Positions 42,949-52,147 of a stretch of DNA of 56,281 nt are shown here, in pieces; positions within the stretch are counted from its first letter, which is position 1; each line of letters starts with the position of its first letter. This DNA is from a virus (taxonomy: Duplodnaviria > Caudoviricetes), in the IMG/VR virus record IMGVR_UViG_3300036804_000195, positions 1 to 56,281 of that record, one strand, 5' to 3'. The notes under the pieces were generated by a model. It ran no database searches. It was not told where the DNA came from and saw only the letters and a list, made by a program, of their open reading frames with translations. Both the position numbers and the translations under genes were made by a program.

Positions 42949-43322
42949 GCCCGCACCGCCCGGCGGGCCTCGGCCTCGGCGATGGCGAACAGGAGGTCCT
43001 CGGCCTCGCGGAACTCGCGGGCCGTGAACTTGGCGAACTTGCCGACCGGGGCGAGCCACGCGACGGCGGAGTTGAGCGCGGCGATCACGATGTCGCGCGG
43101 CATGGCGTCGGAGAGCTGGACCTGCCACAGCTCGACCATCCGGCGGTCGAAGCCGTAGACGTCGATCCGGTCGCCGTCGTCGGGGTGCACGACGATGCGC
43201 AGCGACGCGCCGGAGGCCAGCGAGTCGGTCAGGTCGTAGGCGCGCCACGGGTAGGGGTAGTCGCCGCCGGTGGGCTTGAGGCCGCGGCCGTTGAGGACGT
43301 AGGCGAGGGTTGCGGTGTTCAT
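42945..43322 (-). CDS. Hypothetical protein
   Basis: AAGGAA RBS; MNTATLAYVL... Confidence 0.65.
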   Translation of the reverse strand: MNTATLAYVLNGRGLKPTGGDYPYPWRAYDLTDSLASGASLRIVVHPDDGDRIDVYGFDRRMVELWQVQLSDAMPRDIVIAALNSAVAWLAPVGKFAKFTAREFREAEDLLFAIAEAEARRAVRA

Positions 43323-43549
43323 CGTGAGGTGTTCCTTTCGCGGACTACGCGCAGCGGGAGCAGCGCGAATTCTTGGGGGAAGTCGATGCCGGGGCAGGCG
43401 CCGTGGGAGCCGTGCGAGCCGGTGCGCCGGCAGACCGGGGCGGGCCGGCTGCCGACGTGGATCGGGTGGGTGCGCGGCTGGTAGCAGTCGGCGCACCGGT
43501 CGCGGCGGGTGCTGGGGACGTAGCCGTGGCGGCCAATGTCAGCGCTCAT
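43319..43549 (-). CDS. Small Cys/His-rich protein
   Basis: H...CADC...HPIH...C...H..H..C. Confidence 0.5.
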   Translation of the reverse strand: MSADIGRHGYVPSTRRDRCADCYQPRTHPIHVGSRPAPVCRRTGSHGSHGACPGIDFPQEFALLPLRVVRERNTSR

Positions 43550-43797
43550 CGGGAACTGAACCTCCGGATCCCGTAGCTGCCGCCGTCGTGGCGGGCGCCG
43601 ATCTGGTGGGCGCACATCCAGTCGAGGACCGGGCGGACGCGCCAGAGCGGCTGGCGCGCGAGGCGAGCGATCCGGCTGGGAACCAGCCACTGGCCCGGAC
43701 GCGCCTCGAGGACGGCCTCGACCTTGTCGGCGAGGTCGAACTCGGCGTCGGTGAGCAGCGCCGCGTGCGGGCTGCTGCAGGACCAGGTGCTCTCCAT
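43546..43797 (-). CDS. Small winged-helix-like protein, probably leaderless
   Basis: The ATG follows the TACGCT -10 element of motif copy B after a 7-nt gap; VPSRIARLARQPLWRVRPVLDWM. Confidence 0.55.
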   Translation of the reverse strand: MESTWSCSSPHAALLTDAEFDLADKVEAVLEARPGQWLVPSRIARLARQPLWRVRPVLDWMCAHQIGARHDGGSYGIRRFSSR

Positions 43798-43800
43798 ACC

Positions 43801-43836
43801 CCACAGCGTAGCACAGTGTAAGCACATCGGGTAATC
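43801..43836 (-). promoter_or_regulatory. Conserved leftward promoter/operator motif, copy B
   Basis: CCACAGCGTAGCACAGTGTAAGCA...GTAATC. Confidence 0.7.
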
Positions 43837-44043
43837 GTGGGAGCACATTCTAAGCGGCAGCGAGCAGGCGCGCGACAACGCGCTGACCTGCGGAAACGCC
43901 TAACAGCACCGGGTGAGGGTAACCACCGCTGGATGGGGGGTCCAGGCCGCGTGTGGCGATCACAGGGCCGCGCAGGCCCATGTGGCTTATGTCCGGATCA
44001 GCGCGCGGCCCGCCAGCGGCGAGACACCGCGGGAATCCGTAGC

Positions 44044-44283
44044 ATGCAAGACATGAGCACGGCCACCGACGCCGACACCACGATCACGCTGACGATCGAT
44101 GAGGCCGCGGCGTGGCTAGACCCGCCGATCGGCGCGGCACAACTGAAGGCGATCGTGATCGCGCTGCGGATCCGGCCGGCGGCCAGCCGCCACGCGGGCG
44201 CGCCGGGCAGGCCGGCGAACGCCTACGACGCGGCCGAGCTGATGCGGCTGCACGCGGCGATCGCGCCGTGGCTGAGCGGATGA
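44044..44283 (+). CDS. Small HTH-like protein
   Basis: LTIDEAAAWLDPPI...GRPANAYDAAELMRLH. Confidence 0.6.
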   Translation: MQDMSTATDADTTITLTIDEAAAWLDPPIGAAQLKAIVIALRIRPAASRHAGAPGRPANAYDAAELMRLHAAIAPWLSG

Positions 44284-44495
44284 GGACTGACGCCGAGCGC
44301 ATCATCGGCGCGGCCGAGACCGAGCTGGAGAACACCCGGCAGATCTGGCAGAAGCACCTCGGCGACTGCCCGCTGAAAGCCGCGGCCGGACATCACGGCT
44401 GCGCCGAGTGCGCATCGATCAGCCGTCACCTCGAGCGCTGCCAGGAGCAGGTCGAGCTGCTCGGCCAGCCAGCCGAAACCGGCGCCTTGTTCTGA
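44280..44495 (+). CDS. Hypothetical protein
   Basis: ATGA coupling; HLGDC...CAEC. Confidence 0.55.
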   Translation: MRTDAERIIGAAETELENTRQIWQKHLGDCPLKAAAGHHGCAECASISRHLERCQEQVELLGQPAETGALF

Positions 44496-44526
44496 CGCGG
44501 CGATCGCGCCGTGGCTCCGCGCGGAG

Positions 44527-44763
44527 TTACGAGAGGTCGCCGAGGATCCGGTAGGTGAACATCACGCCGGAGCCGTCCTCGGCGACGTCGGCCGACAGGA
44601 TCTCGCACTCGCCGAGGACGCGGCCCTCGGCCGACAGCGGGACGACCTTGCCGATCTCAGAGTCGAACGCGCCCGGCGCGAACCGCTCCTGAAACTCGCC
44701 CTTGCCGGGCACGTCGACAGTCCCGGCGCGCTGCCAGAAACTTACGACCGCGCCGGGAGTCAC
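44527..44763 (-). CDS. Hypothetical protein
   Basis: GTGA coupling; QERFAPGAFDSEIGKVVPL. Confidence 0.55.
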   Translation of the reverse strand: MTPGAVVSFWQRAGTVDVPGKGEFQERFAPGAFDSEIGKVVPLSAEGRVLGECEILSADVAEDGSGVMFTYRILGDLS

Positions 44764-45008
44764 TTCGCGGCCTCTTCGAGCAGAGCGGCTGGCTTGACCT
44801 TCAGCGCCGCGGCGAGGTCGCGGACCACCTTGGGTGAGGCGCCGTGCACTCCGCGCTCGAGGCCGCCGACGTGGCTGGGCGACATGCCCGCTGCCTCGGC
44901 CAGCTCGTCGATCGACATGACGGCCTGCTGCCGGGCGGCGCGGAGCCGCTCGGGTGACAGCGGGGCGCGGCGGCCGGGACGCTTGATGACGCCGTTCTGC
45001 TCGTTCAT
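44760..45008 (-). CDS. XRE-family HTH protein
   Basis: LRAARQQAVMSIDELAEAAGMSPSHVGGLERG. Confidence 0.85.
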   Translation of the reverse strand: MNEQNGVIKRPGRRAPLSPERLRAARQQAVMSIDELAEAAGMSPSHVGGLERGVHGASPKVVRDLAAALKVKPAALLEEAAK

Positions 45009-45174
45009 GCCGGGACTCCAATTCCAGGGCTGGGCCAGGTTGAGTCCCGGCCGCCCGGACGTTCATGAAACGGGCGCTTGCGCTGGCTGGCCATCGTGTC
45101 CGTGCTCGCGCCGTCCGAGCCGCTGCAGCGGGCACCGGGCGACCTCGCAGGCCAGACCGGGGAAACAACTAACA

Positions 45175-45189
45175 ACAGCGTAGCACAGT
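45175..45189 (-). promoter_or_regulatory. Partial copy D of the leftward promoter motif
   Basis: ACAGCGTAGCACAGT upstream of the XRE gene. Confidence 0.5.
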
Positions 45190-45222
45190 CAGCGCGAGTG
45201 AGAGCTGAGCGCGAGCAGGTGA

Positions 45223-45627
45223 TCAGCCATCGCCGACGCCAGCGCATGAGCGGCTGCACGAGCCGTCGCGGCTGAGCGCTGCGCCGCATAGCGGGCACGA
45301 CACATCGTCCTCGCGGCTCGCCGTCTGCGGCTCGGCCGGGCCGATCAGCCAGCGGTCCATGACGGCCCGGCTGACGATCTCGGCGAGCGCCTCAGCCATG
45401 ACGGGCGGGTCGGCGGTGTGCCAGGCCTCCCACGCTGCGACCTGCCGCGGGAACGCGAGCCGGAGCTGGTGGCGGTTGCCGGGGTCGGCCTTGGCGATCA
45501 GGCGGAGCAGGTCGCCGGTGAAGGACGTCTCATCGCCGCGGAGCGCGAGGCAGAGGTCCCGGAAGGTGACAACGGGATGGCCGGCGGGCAGCACGCCCAT
45601 GCCCGCCTCGAGGTTCTGACTGGTCAT
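45223..45627 (-). CDS. Hypothetical protein
   Basis: SFTGDLLRLIAKADPGNRHQLRLAFP. Confidence 0.6.
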   Translation of the reverse strand: MTSQNLEAGMGVLPAGHPVVTFRDLCLALRGDETSFTGDLLRLIAKADPGNRHQLRLAFPRQVAAWEAWHTADPPVMAEALAEIVSRAVMDRWLIGPAEPQTASREDDVSCPLCGAALSRDGSCSRSCAGVGDG

Positions 45628-45774
45628 GAGCCGCAATGGTACACCGGGTTACGTCGGCTTTACGCCGGGGTACACTGCTGCCACTGCCGCGTAATCCTGC
45701 GCGGCGAGCAGGGCGGGCCCGGACGGTGCTGAGCACACCGCGACCCGGGCCCTGACCGAGACGGAGCCTCGGCT

Positions 45775-46011
45775 ATGACAAATGATCCCAACCCCACGGC
45801 CGAAGCCTCGGCCGACCCCCGCGACCAGGCCGCCGAGTACAGCGAAGCGCTGACAGCAGCCGGGCAGAAACTCGACGGCGCGCTCGCCGACCTGCGGGCC
45901 GCGCAGGACGCCGGCGAGATCACGGTCGTCGAGGCCGCCGATCAGCGGGTCCTCATCCTGGAGATCCACCTCGCCGACCTGACCCGGCTGCGGGAGCAGT
46001 ACGGTAGCTGA
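45775..46011 (+). CDS. Hypothetical acidic protein
   Basis: GGAG RBS, 78 aa, followed by a terminator. Confidence 0.6.
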   Translation: MTNDPNPTAEASADPRDQAAEYSEALTAAGQKLDGALADLRAAQDAGEITVVEAADQRVLILEIHLADLTRLREQYGS

Positions 46012-46022
46012 CCGGGGAACGG

Positions 46023-46060
46023 CAAAGGCCCGCGCCAGCAAATGGCGCGGGCCTTTGTCT
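46023..46060. terminator. Bidirectional intrinsic terminator
   Basis: 15-bp perfect stem CAAAGGCCCGCGCCA / TGGCGCGGGCCTTTG between convergent genes. Confidence 0.8.
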
Positions 46061-46063
46061 TGC

Positions 46064-46216
46064 TCAGGCGCCCGCAGGCTTCCCGTTGGCCAGGAAGTCC
46101 CAGTGGTCATCGCCGGCCAGGAGCACGCCGGTGACGGTCGCGCCCGGGCCGCCGGTCAGGCTGCCGTTGGCGCTGGTCGAGCCCTGGTGGCTGCACGATC
46201 CTTCGAATAGTGACAT
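46064..46216 (-). CDS. Small hypothetical protein
   Basis: GGAGGAGGTG RBS; 50 aa. Confidence 0.4.
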   Translation of the reverse strand: MSLFEGSCSHQGSTSANGSLTGGPGATVTGVLLAGDDHWDFLANGKPAGA

Positions 46217-46242
46217 CTCGTTTTCACCTCCTCCCCTGGCGG

Positions 46243-46863
46243 TCACTCGCCCTGCACGAGCCCGTCGTTCCACGCGAGCACGGGCCGGCCGGTGACCTTG
46301 GAGTAGTCCGGGCGGCCGAGCGGCCGCGAGCCGTCGGAGTCGGCGCACCCGGGCAGGAAACACGCCACGACCCCGGACGGCCGGGCGACGCGCAGCGAGT
46401 AGGTGCCGCAGTACGGGCAGGCGGGCGGCAGGCCGGCCGGGCTGCCGCGGCGCAGCGGAGTCCACGTCGGCGCCTCGTCGATGCCCGGCAGGCGCGCCGC
46501 GGAGCTGGCCCATGACGCGAGCTTGCGCGCCGCCTCGGCCGCGACGCCGCGCGGAGCGGTGGCGCCGATGTCGGCGATCGACCGGATCGCGCGCAGCGTG
46601 TTCTCGCTCGACCCGCCGCGGGCCCGGACGGGCAGGCCCGCGTCGACGCGGAGCTGCCGCTCGAGGCGCCGCGCGCCGGCGTGGATGGTGGTGAGGACGT
46701 CGCCCGCGGCCGGATTCCACGGCGGCCGCGACTCCGTCGACCCGGACATGGTGACCGACGGCTGGCCCTCGGCGGCGTGCTCGGGCAGCAGCGCCTCGAG
46801 CAGCGGCAGGTAGTCGGCGAGGTCGGCGGCCGCGTCGCCGAGCGCCGAGCCGCCGTCGGTCAC
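46243..46863 (-). CDS. Hypothetical protein with C-terminal Zn ribbon
   Basis: ESRPPWN...CPYCGTYSLRV...VACFLPGC. Confidence 0.7.
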   Translation of the reverse strand: MTDGGSALGDAAADLADYLPLLEALLPEHAAEGQPSVTMSGSTESRPPWNPAAGDVLTTIHAGARRLERQLRVDAGLPVRARGGSSENTLRAIRSIADIGATAPRGVAAEAARKLASWASSAARLPGIDEAPTWTPLRRGSPAGLPPACPYCGTYSLRVARPSGVVACFLPGCADSDGSRPLGRPDYSKVTGRPVLAWNDGLVQGE

Positions 46864-47216
46864 GACAGGATCACCGCGAGCACGAACACGAGCAGGCAGA
46901 TCAGCAGCACCACGGCACCCGCGGCGACCGGGCCCAGCCACCACCGATCCGCGTCGCGGCGGCGGCGAGCCCGGTAGCCGGAGGCAAGGTTCTTCGAGCA
47001 CCACCCGTGGCCGCAGTCGAGCATCTCGGGGTCGTAGTACCGCTCGGCGACGCCGGCCAGCCGCTCCTCGAACTCGGCGTACGCGGCCGGGCGGACGCCG
47101 AGCGTGGCCTCGAGCACGGCGATATGCCACGCGCTCGGCCGGTCATGCATCTCGCACCGGCCCGCGAGCCGGCGGAGGATCGCCTCGGCGACGGTCGGCC
47201 GCTGCGGCAGGATCAC
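46860..47216 (-). CDS. Hypothetical protein with C-terminal TM segment
   Basis: GTGA coupling; hydrophobic C-terminus. Confidence 0.55.
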   Translation of the reverse strand: MILPQRPTVAEAILRRLAGRCEMHDRPSAWHIAVLEATLGVRPAAYAEFEERLAGVAERYYDPEMLDCGHGWCSKNLASGYRARRRRDADRWWLGPVAAGAVVLLICLLVFVLAVILS

Positions 47217-47455
47217 GGCACTTCCCTGAGACGTCGCTCGATGGCGACTGTCGCTGCTGCGTCACTGGCAGCCTGCTCGGCTGTGGCCGGCACTATGGCC
47301 GGCTCAATCCAGTCGCCGACGGCGACCACGCGGCGCTGCGCCTGGCAGCCGGGCGCCGGATCCATGAGAGCCCAGCACGAGATCCACGCGCCGACCACGA
47401 TCCCGTCTCGGTCGCCGACCTCGGCGGCGTGGCCGCAGGACAGGGTGATGATCAC
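47213..47455 (-). CDS. Hypothetical protein
   Basis: GTGA coupling; TLSCGH...C...C. Confidence 0.5.
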   Translation of the reverse strand: MIITLSCGHAAEVGDRDGIVVGAWISCWALMDPAPGCQAQRRVVAVGDWIEPAIVPATAEQAASDAAATVAIERRLREVP

Positions 47456-47835
47456 CGCAGGTCCAGGAGGCGGCGCTGCGGCGCGGTCAGGCCGCGGCGG
47501 CCGCCAGCCTTATGCAGGACGCGGCGGCGCTGCGCCGGAGTGAGCACGAGCCGGCCGCCAGCCTTGTAGCGGGTGATGCGCGCGTGCGCTGTCAGCCGCG
47601 GCGCCGACGCCGGGATGACGCGGCCGACGCCGCCCAGCTCGTCCTGGATCGCGGCGAGCCGTGCCGTCCTGCCGTTGCGGCGGCCGCCGATTGTCCAGTC
47701 ACGCGGGCCCGGCGCGGGATCCGGAGCGCCGTGCGGCAGCGTGGCAAGCCGGGCCTTAATCGCCTGGGCCATGCGCTCCTCGCTGGTGTGCTGCGCGGCG
47801 TCGAGGCGCGACTGGTCACGCGGGCGGCGAGCCAT
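47452..47835 (-). CDS. Basic hypothetical protein
   Basis: TGATG coupling; repeated LTPAQRRR / LTAPQRRL. Confidence 0.5.
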   Translation of the reverse strand: MARRPRDQSRLDAAQHTSEERMAQAIKARLATLPHGAPDPAPGPRDWTIGGRRNGRTARLAAIQDELGGVGRVIPASAPRLTAHARITRYKAGGRLVLTPAQRRRVLHKAGGRRGLTAPQRRLLDLR

Positions 47836-48425
47836 CACATCGCCAGGACGGCGCGCTCGAGTTCGGTCAGGTCCCACACCGACAGGACGGCCCACAGGTC
47901 GCCGCGGATGTGGCGGATCAGCGCCGGGTCCTTGGGCGGGATCAGCTCCCACGACTCGACCTCCCAGAGGAGGTGGCAGTGCCGGAGGCGGCGGAACTTC
48001 GGGCGGTGCCGCGGCGGGATCAGCGGCATGATCGTCCGCCCGGATCGCCAGTCCGCGCCGGCCGGCTTGTCGATGCCGGGGACGCGAATGCTGTGCGCGC
48101 CGACCAGCGCGCCGCGGTTGTCGAGGCTGTCGCCGTGGAAGTAGACCAGGCCGCGGTGATAATCCCAGTGCACGCGGCACTCGGTCTCGGTGGCCTGGCC
48201 GACGGCGATGCGCGGGAAGCCGGCGCCGCGGGCCTTGTCCTCGAAGAAACCGCCGGCGCGGATCGTCTCCGACAGGCGGATTACCTGCAGGCCGCGAGCG
48301 GCGGCGCGGTAGCCCATCGCGATCGCCTCGTCCTGGGCGTTGCGCTCGACGCGGACGGCGGCCTCGTACTCGGCGAGCCGGGCCTTCGCCTCGGCGGGCG
48401 GGATGTCGAGCGTTGCGAGATTCAC
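47835..48425 (-). CDS. Hypothetical phage protein
   Basis: AGGAGG RBS; PLIPP...HLLWEVESW...PPKDPALIRHIRGDLWAVLSVWDLTELER. Confidence 0.75.
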   Translation of the reverse strand: MNLATLDIPPAEAKARLAEYEAAVRVERNAQDEAIAMGYRAAARGLQVIRLSETIRAGGFFEDKARGAGFPRIAVGQATETECRVHWDYHRGLVYFHGDSLDNRGALVGAHSIRVPGIDKPAGADWRSGRTIMPLIPPRHRPKFRRLRHCHLLWEVESWELIPPKDPALIRHIRGDLWAVLSVWDLTELERAVLAM

Positions 48426-48592
48426 GGCTGCCTCCTGGCGTCGGGGCGCGCGAGCGCGGTGCGGATCATGCGGGCGGCCCATGCCAGGGCGGCGGGGTCG
48501 TCGAGGACCAGCTCGCCGGTTTCCGGGGCGCCAGCGGGCGCGGCCGCGCGCGGCGGGCGCGTGGCATCCCGGGTGGAGCTCTGGCTGGTCAT
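48422..48592 (-). CDS. Small hypothetical protein
   Basis: 56 aa, GTGA-coupled to the next gene. Confidence 0.4.
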   Translation of the reverse strand: MTSQSSTRDATRPPRAAAPAGAPETGELVLDDPAALAWAARMIRTALARPDARRQP

Positions 48593-48759
48593 GCCCGACA
48601 GATTGCACGGGTTTCGCGGCCGAACGCAAGACCGGGTTAAGCCGCTGGCCTGGGCTTTCGTGCGTTTCCGCGAGTTTCACGGCGCGAGTTGCGAAAGTTT
48701 CTCGCCAGGCAGCAAAGCGGCCCGGCCGGTAGATCCAGCCGGGCCAGCGTTGCGGGGAG

Positions 48760-48945
48760 TCAGGTGACCTTGAGCAGCTTCACGGCGGCGCCGCGCTCGA
48801 GGTACCAGTCGTAGGCCTCGTTCGCCTGCCGGAGCGCCTCGGCGTCGCCCAGCTCGGCAGCGGAGAACACGGCGCTGTCCTCCTCGAACGGCCGGCCCTT
48901 CGAGTCGTAGGTGTTCACGAAGTAGATCGCGGTGCTGGCGTTCAC
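48760..48945 (-). CDS. Small hypothetical protein
   Basis: AGGAGGAACC RBS after motif copy C; (M)NASTAIYFVNTY... Confidence 0.65.
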   Translation of the reverse strand: MNASTAIYFVNTYDSKGRPFEEDSAVFSAAELGDAEALRQANEAYDWYLERGAAVKLLKVT

Positions 48946-48970
48946 GGTTCCTCCTGCTTGGCTGGGCACA

Positions 48971-49018
48971 CCTACAGCGTAGCACAGTGTAAGCGAGCGG
49001 CGTAATCCGTTTCCGCAG
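48971..49018 (-). promoter_or_regulatory. Conserved leftward promoter/operator motif, copy C
   Basis: CCTACAGCGTAGCACAGTGTAAGCG...GTAATCCGTTTCCGCAG. Confidence 0.7.
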
Positions 49019-49028
49019 GTGAGCGGCT

Positions 49029-50498
49029 TTATTTCCGGCGCCAGGTGATGGCGACGCGGCCGAGGTCGACGGACGGCGACCGGCCGCCGACCTGGGTCGC
49101 CCGGGACACGGTCACCGCGGCGATGAACATGCGCAGGAACTCGCGCTGCTCCCCGAGCGTCATCTTCGGCCACGCGGCCCGGGCGGCGGCGATGCCGTCG
49201 CGGGCAGGCGGCGGCCGCTTGTCGGCCAGCTCGGCGCGGAGCGCGGCTTCCCGGTCGGCGAGAGCACCGCGGGCAGCCTGCCATTCAGCCGAGGACAGGC
49301 CGCCTTCGCCCCACGCGGCGGCGAGGCTGGCGCGGCGGCCGTCGACGGCGGACAGCGCCGTGGTGATCTCGTCGCGGCGGGCCGCGTGCGCGTCCTCGGC
49401 GATCGCGTCGAGGAACTCCGGCTTGTCCAGGCGGGCGAACAGCTCGCCGGTCACGTGCGCCTCCACCGGCTCGAGCGACACGCCGGTGCAGGAGCGGCCG
49501 CCCTGCGCGGGGTGGCACACGTAGTACGGGACGTCGCGGCCGCCGCGGCGGGCGCCGCCCTTGAGCTGCTTGATCGACCCGGCCATCGGCGCGTCGCAGA
49601 CACCGCAGCGGATGAGGCCGCCCGACAGGAGGTAGCGGCGGCCAGGCGACCCGGTGTGCTCGGCGCCGACGGGGTAGGCGCCGCCGCCGGAGCGGGTGAC
49701 GGTGCGGGGCCCGGACAGGCGGGCGCGGCAGGCCTGCCAGGTGTCCTCGTCGAGGATCGGCTCCCACGCGCCGCGGCCGGTGATGACGCCGCGGTGCACG
49801 CGCCACCCGGCGACGGTCGGCCGGGTCAGCCAGTTACGCACCGACCTCGGCTGCAGCGCAGCGCCGCGGACGCCGGCCAGGCCGCGGGCGCGCATCGCCG
49901 CGGCGACCGAGGTCAGCGACCAGCCGGCCAGGACCAGCACGGCGGCCTCGCGGATCGCGTCGGCCTCGGCGGGCACGACGGCGTAGGTGCTGCCGCCGCC
50001 CTCGGCCGGCACGTGCCGGTAGCCGAACAGCACCGAGCCCGGCGCCAGGCCGCGGGCGGCGTTGTCGTCCAGGCGGTCGTGCACGCGTTTCTTCATCCGG
50101 CGGACCTCGGCGGCGGCGAGAACGGCCTTGATGCCGGCGATCTCATCGCCGACCCGGACGATGCCGTCGCGGCGCGTGTGGACCTCGTCGATGCCGGCGG
50201 CGACCAGCTCGGCGGCCAGCTCGAACCAGCCGATCTCGCGGCGCTGCAGCCGGTACTGCTCGATGGCCCAGACCTGGCTGACGGCGCCGGCGGCCAGGTC
50301 CTCGCGGAGCTTCTCGTAGCCGGGGCGCCAGACGTCGTCCTCGGCGGCCGACAGATCGTTGTCGGAGTAGACCACGACGGGCAGGCCCGGCCACACCACG
50401 GCGGCGTAGGCGCGGCCGTACCGCTCCTGCACGGCGACGCCCTCGGCGCGGCCGCTGCGGTCCTTGCTGATCCGGACATACAGCGCGACATTGCTCAC
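49029..50498 (-). CDS. int: Large serine integrase
   Basis: VALYVRIS (catalytic Ser), YSDNDLSA, RPGYEKL, recombinase domain FGY...WEPILD, Zn ribbon CGVC...YYVC...C, coiled coil. Confidence 0.93.
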   Translation of the reverse strand: MSNVALYVRISKDRSGRAEGVAVQERYGRAYAAVVWPGLPVVVYSDNDLSAAEDDVWRPGYEKLREDLAAGAVSQVWAIEQYRLQRREIGWFELAAELVAAGIDEVHTRRDGIVRVGDEIAGIKAVLAAAEVRRMKKRVHDRLDDNAARGLAPGSVLFGYRHVPAEGGGSTYAVVPAEADAIREAAVLVLAGWSLTSVAAAMRARGLAGVRGAALQPRSVRNWLTRPTVAGWRVHRGVITGRGAWEPILDEDTWQACRARLSGPRTVTRSGGGAYPVGAEHTGSPGRRYLLSGGLIRCGVCDAPMAGSIKQLKGGARRGGRDVPYYVCHPAQGGRSCTGVSLEPVEAHVTGELFARLDKPEFLDAIAEDAHAARRDEITTALSAVDGRRASLAAAWGEGGLSSAEWQAARGALADREAALRAELADKRPPPARDGIAAARAAWPKMTLGEQREFLRMFIAAVTVSRATQVGGRSPSVDLGRVAITWRRK

Positions 50499-50575
50499 GG
50501 CTGGTTCCCTGGCTGGGCGGTTGCTGGTTCCAGTGTTACATCCGAGGTCAGGCGCCCCGAGCTAGCAACAGCCAC

Positions 50576-51247
50576 CTAGCCCGCCTGCCTCGGGGTCAGG
50601 CACACGCTGATCTTGACGACCGTCATGCACGGCGACGGCGACGGAGATGGCGGCGGCGAGCTGGCGGCCGGCGACGCGGGCGGCGGTGACTGCGAGACGC
50701 CAGTACCTCGCGCCGGGCGCGATGTGGCGGCGCTCGGATGCGCGGCAGGGCTGGGCAGCACCGCGGGGATCTCGTGCGGGCGGGGCGACGCCGGCGCCGG
50801 GCGCCTCGAGTGCGGCGGCGGCGAGCCCGACGATAAAGGCGAGTGCGGGAGGTGCAGCGGCGGCCGCGCGGCGGGCGGGCTTTCGTCCTCGACCCAGAGC
50901 ACGGCGCCGGTCCCGGCCGCGGCCGCGGACAGCAGCGCGGCCGACGCGCCGGTGGCGATGATCCCGGCCTTCCGCCGCCGCCGCGGCCCGGCAGGCCTGG
51001 GCGGGGAGCGGCGAGGCGCCCCGGTGGCCTCGCCGTCGCTGGCGACCAGGCGCAGCCGCCGCTCCGGGCCGCCGGGATCCTCCGGCTGCCGCGGTTCGAG
51101 GTGCCGCACCTGGCCGCCAGGCTGGTCCTCCTGGCCCGCGAGGTAGAACGCCTCGGCGACGTGCTCGATCTGGTCGCGTTCGCGGCGGAGGTCCTCGACC
51201 TCGCGCGAGAGATCGCCGACCCGGCTTCTCAGGAACCTGAGCCTCAT
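50576..51247 (-). CDS. Membrane-anchored Pro/Ser-rich protein in the immunity cassette
   Basis: N-terminal coiled coil, RRRRK plus TM segment, Pro-rich tail; between repressor and integrase. Confidence 0.55.
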   Translation of the reverse strand: MRLRFLRSRVGDLSREVEDLRRERDQIEHVAEAFYLAGQEDQPGGQVRHLEPRQPEDPGGPERRLRLVASDGEATGAPRRSPPRPAGPRRRRKAGIIATGASAALLSAAAAGTGAVLWVEDESPPAARPPLHLPHSPLSSGSPPPHSRRPAPASPRPHEIPAVLPSPAAHPSAATSRPARGTGVSQSPPPASPAASSPPPSPSPSPCMTVVKISVCLTPRQAG

Positions 51248-51315
51248 ACGCCCGTCGCTTTCCCGCGGCCCCCTGGCCGCTTCCCGCACAGCAGCACCCC
51301 GCACCGGGAGCCGCG

Positions 51316-51663
51316 CTAAACCGACCATCTGCCCTGGTCGTCGTTCTCGCGGATCAGCAGCCGGTAGCGGTCGACCAGGACGCGGACCGTCTCGGGCGGC
51401 AGGCCGGCCTCCGGATCGGACAGGCGGCGGCGCAGCCGCTCGACGGCCTCCTCCTCCGGCGAGCGGCCCGACGGCGACAGGCTCACGCCGAGCGCGACCT
51501 CGAACCGGCTGGTCGCGTTGCGGAGCTTCGCGGTCCGGCCGAGCTCGATGTTGGCCACGGTTTTGCGGTTGACGCCGGCCCGGCGGGCCAGCTCCTCCTG
51601 CGACCAGCCGCGGAGCTCACGGGCACGCCGGATCTGCGACCCGATTCCGGGCGGTTGATCCAC
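51316..51663 (-). CDS. XRE-family immunity repressor
   Basis: IGSQIRRARELRGWSQEELARRAGVNRKTVANIELG; divergent from the Cro/Xis-like gene. Confidence 0.85.
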   Translation of the reverse strand: MDQPPGIGSQIRRARELRGWSQEELARRAGVNRKTVANIELGRTAKLRNATSRFEVALGVSLSPSGRSPEEEAVERLRRRLSDPEAGLPPETVRVLVDRYRLLIRENDDQGRWSV

Positions 51664-51867
51664 ACGCGCATGCTGCCCGCCAAATACCCGGAAGTCAAGG
51701 GAAAGCAGGGAAGGGAAGGGAAACGTAGCGGTAAAGCAGGTCCCCGTAACTTGCCTACCATTCCCAAAGTTGGCCTTGAAACCTGGCCGTTCTTGCTTTA
51801 AGTTTCCCGTTACTTGCTCAACGATTCCCGCGCAAGATTGCAGACCCCCCGAACCCGGAGGACAGCG
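51664..51867. promoter_or_regulatory. Divergent lysis/lysogeny control region
   Basis: AT-rich gap; direct repeat CCCGTWACTTGC at 51743 and 51806; GGGAA runs at 51699-51723. Confidence 0.7.
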
Positions 51868-52137
51868 GTGCTCACGGTCACAGAGGTTTCTGAGCGGCTC
51901 CACCTGACAGGCGACACGGTCCGCGCGCTGATCGCCAGCGGCGAGCTGCGGGCGATCAGGACACGCACGAACGGCGGCCACTACCGGATCAGCGAGGCCG
52001 ACCTCGCCGACTACCTGGAGCGCAGCCGGGTCGTCCCGGCCGAGGCCGCGCCGGCCCGGTCCTTACAGCACGAAGGCCCGGCGCGTCATCCGCGGCGGGC
52101 CTCCTTCGCACGTTCCCGCACGCACGCAAACCCCTGA
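51868..52137 (+). CDS. Excisionase/Cro-like HTH (MerR-like HTH_17)
   Basis: GGAGGA RBS; LTVTEVSERLHLTGDTVRALIASGELRAIR...YRISEADLADYL. Confidence 0.85.
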   Translation: MLTVTEVSERLHLTGDTVRALIASGELRAIRTRTNGGHYRISEADLADYLERSRVVPAEAAPARSLQHEGPARHPRRASFARSRTHANP

Positions 52138-52147
52138 GCAGGCGACA

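Noticed and set aside
48595-48760. attP site near the integrase
   Set aside because: The gap is AT-richer with weak repeats, but I saw no clear inverted-repeat att structure; 50499-50575 is an equally possible location.
50534-50550. Partial gapped match (TG.TA.AT.xx.GG.CA) to the reverse complement of array unit 2, upstream of the integrase
   Set aside because: Only 5 dinucleotides match and the flanks fail, which is expected by chance in 56 kb on two strands.
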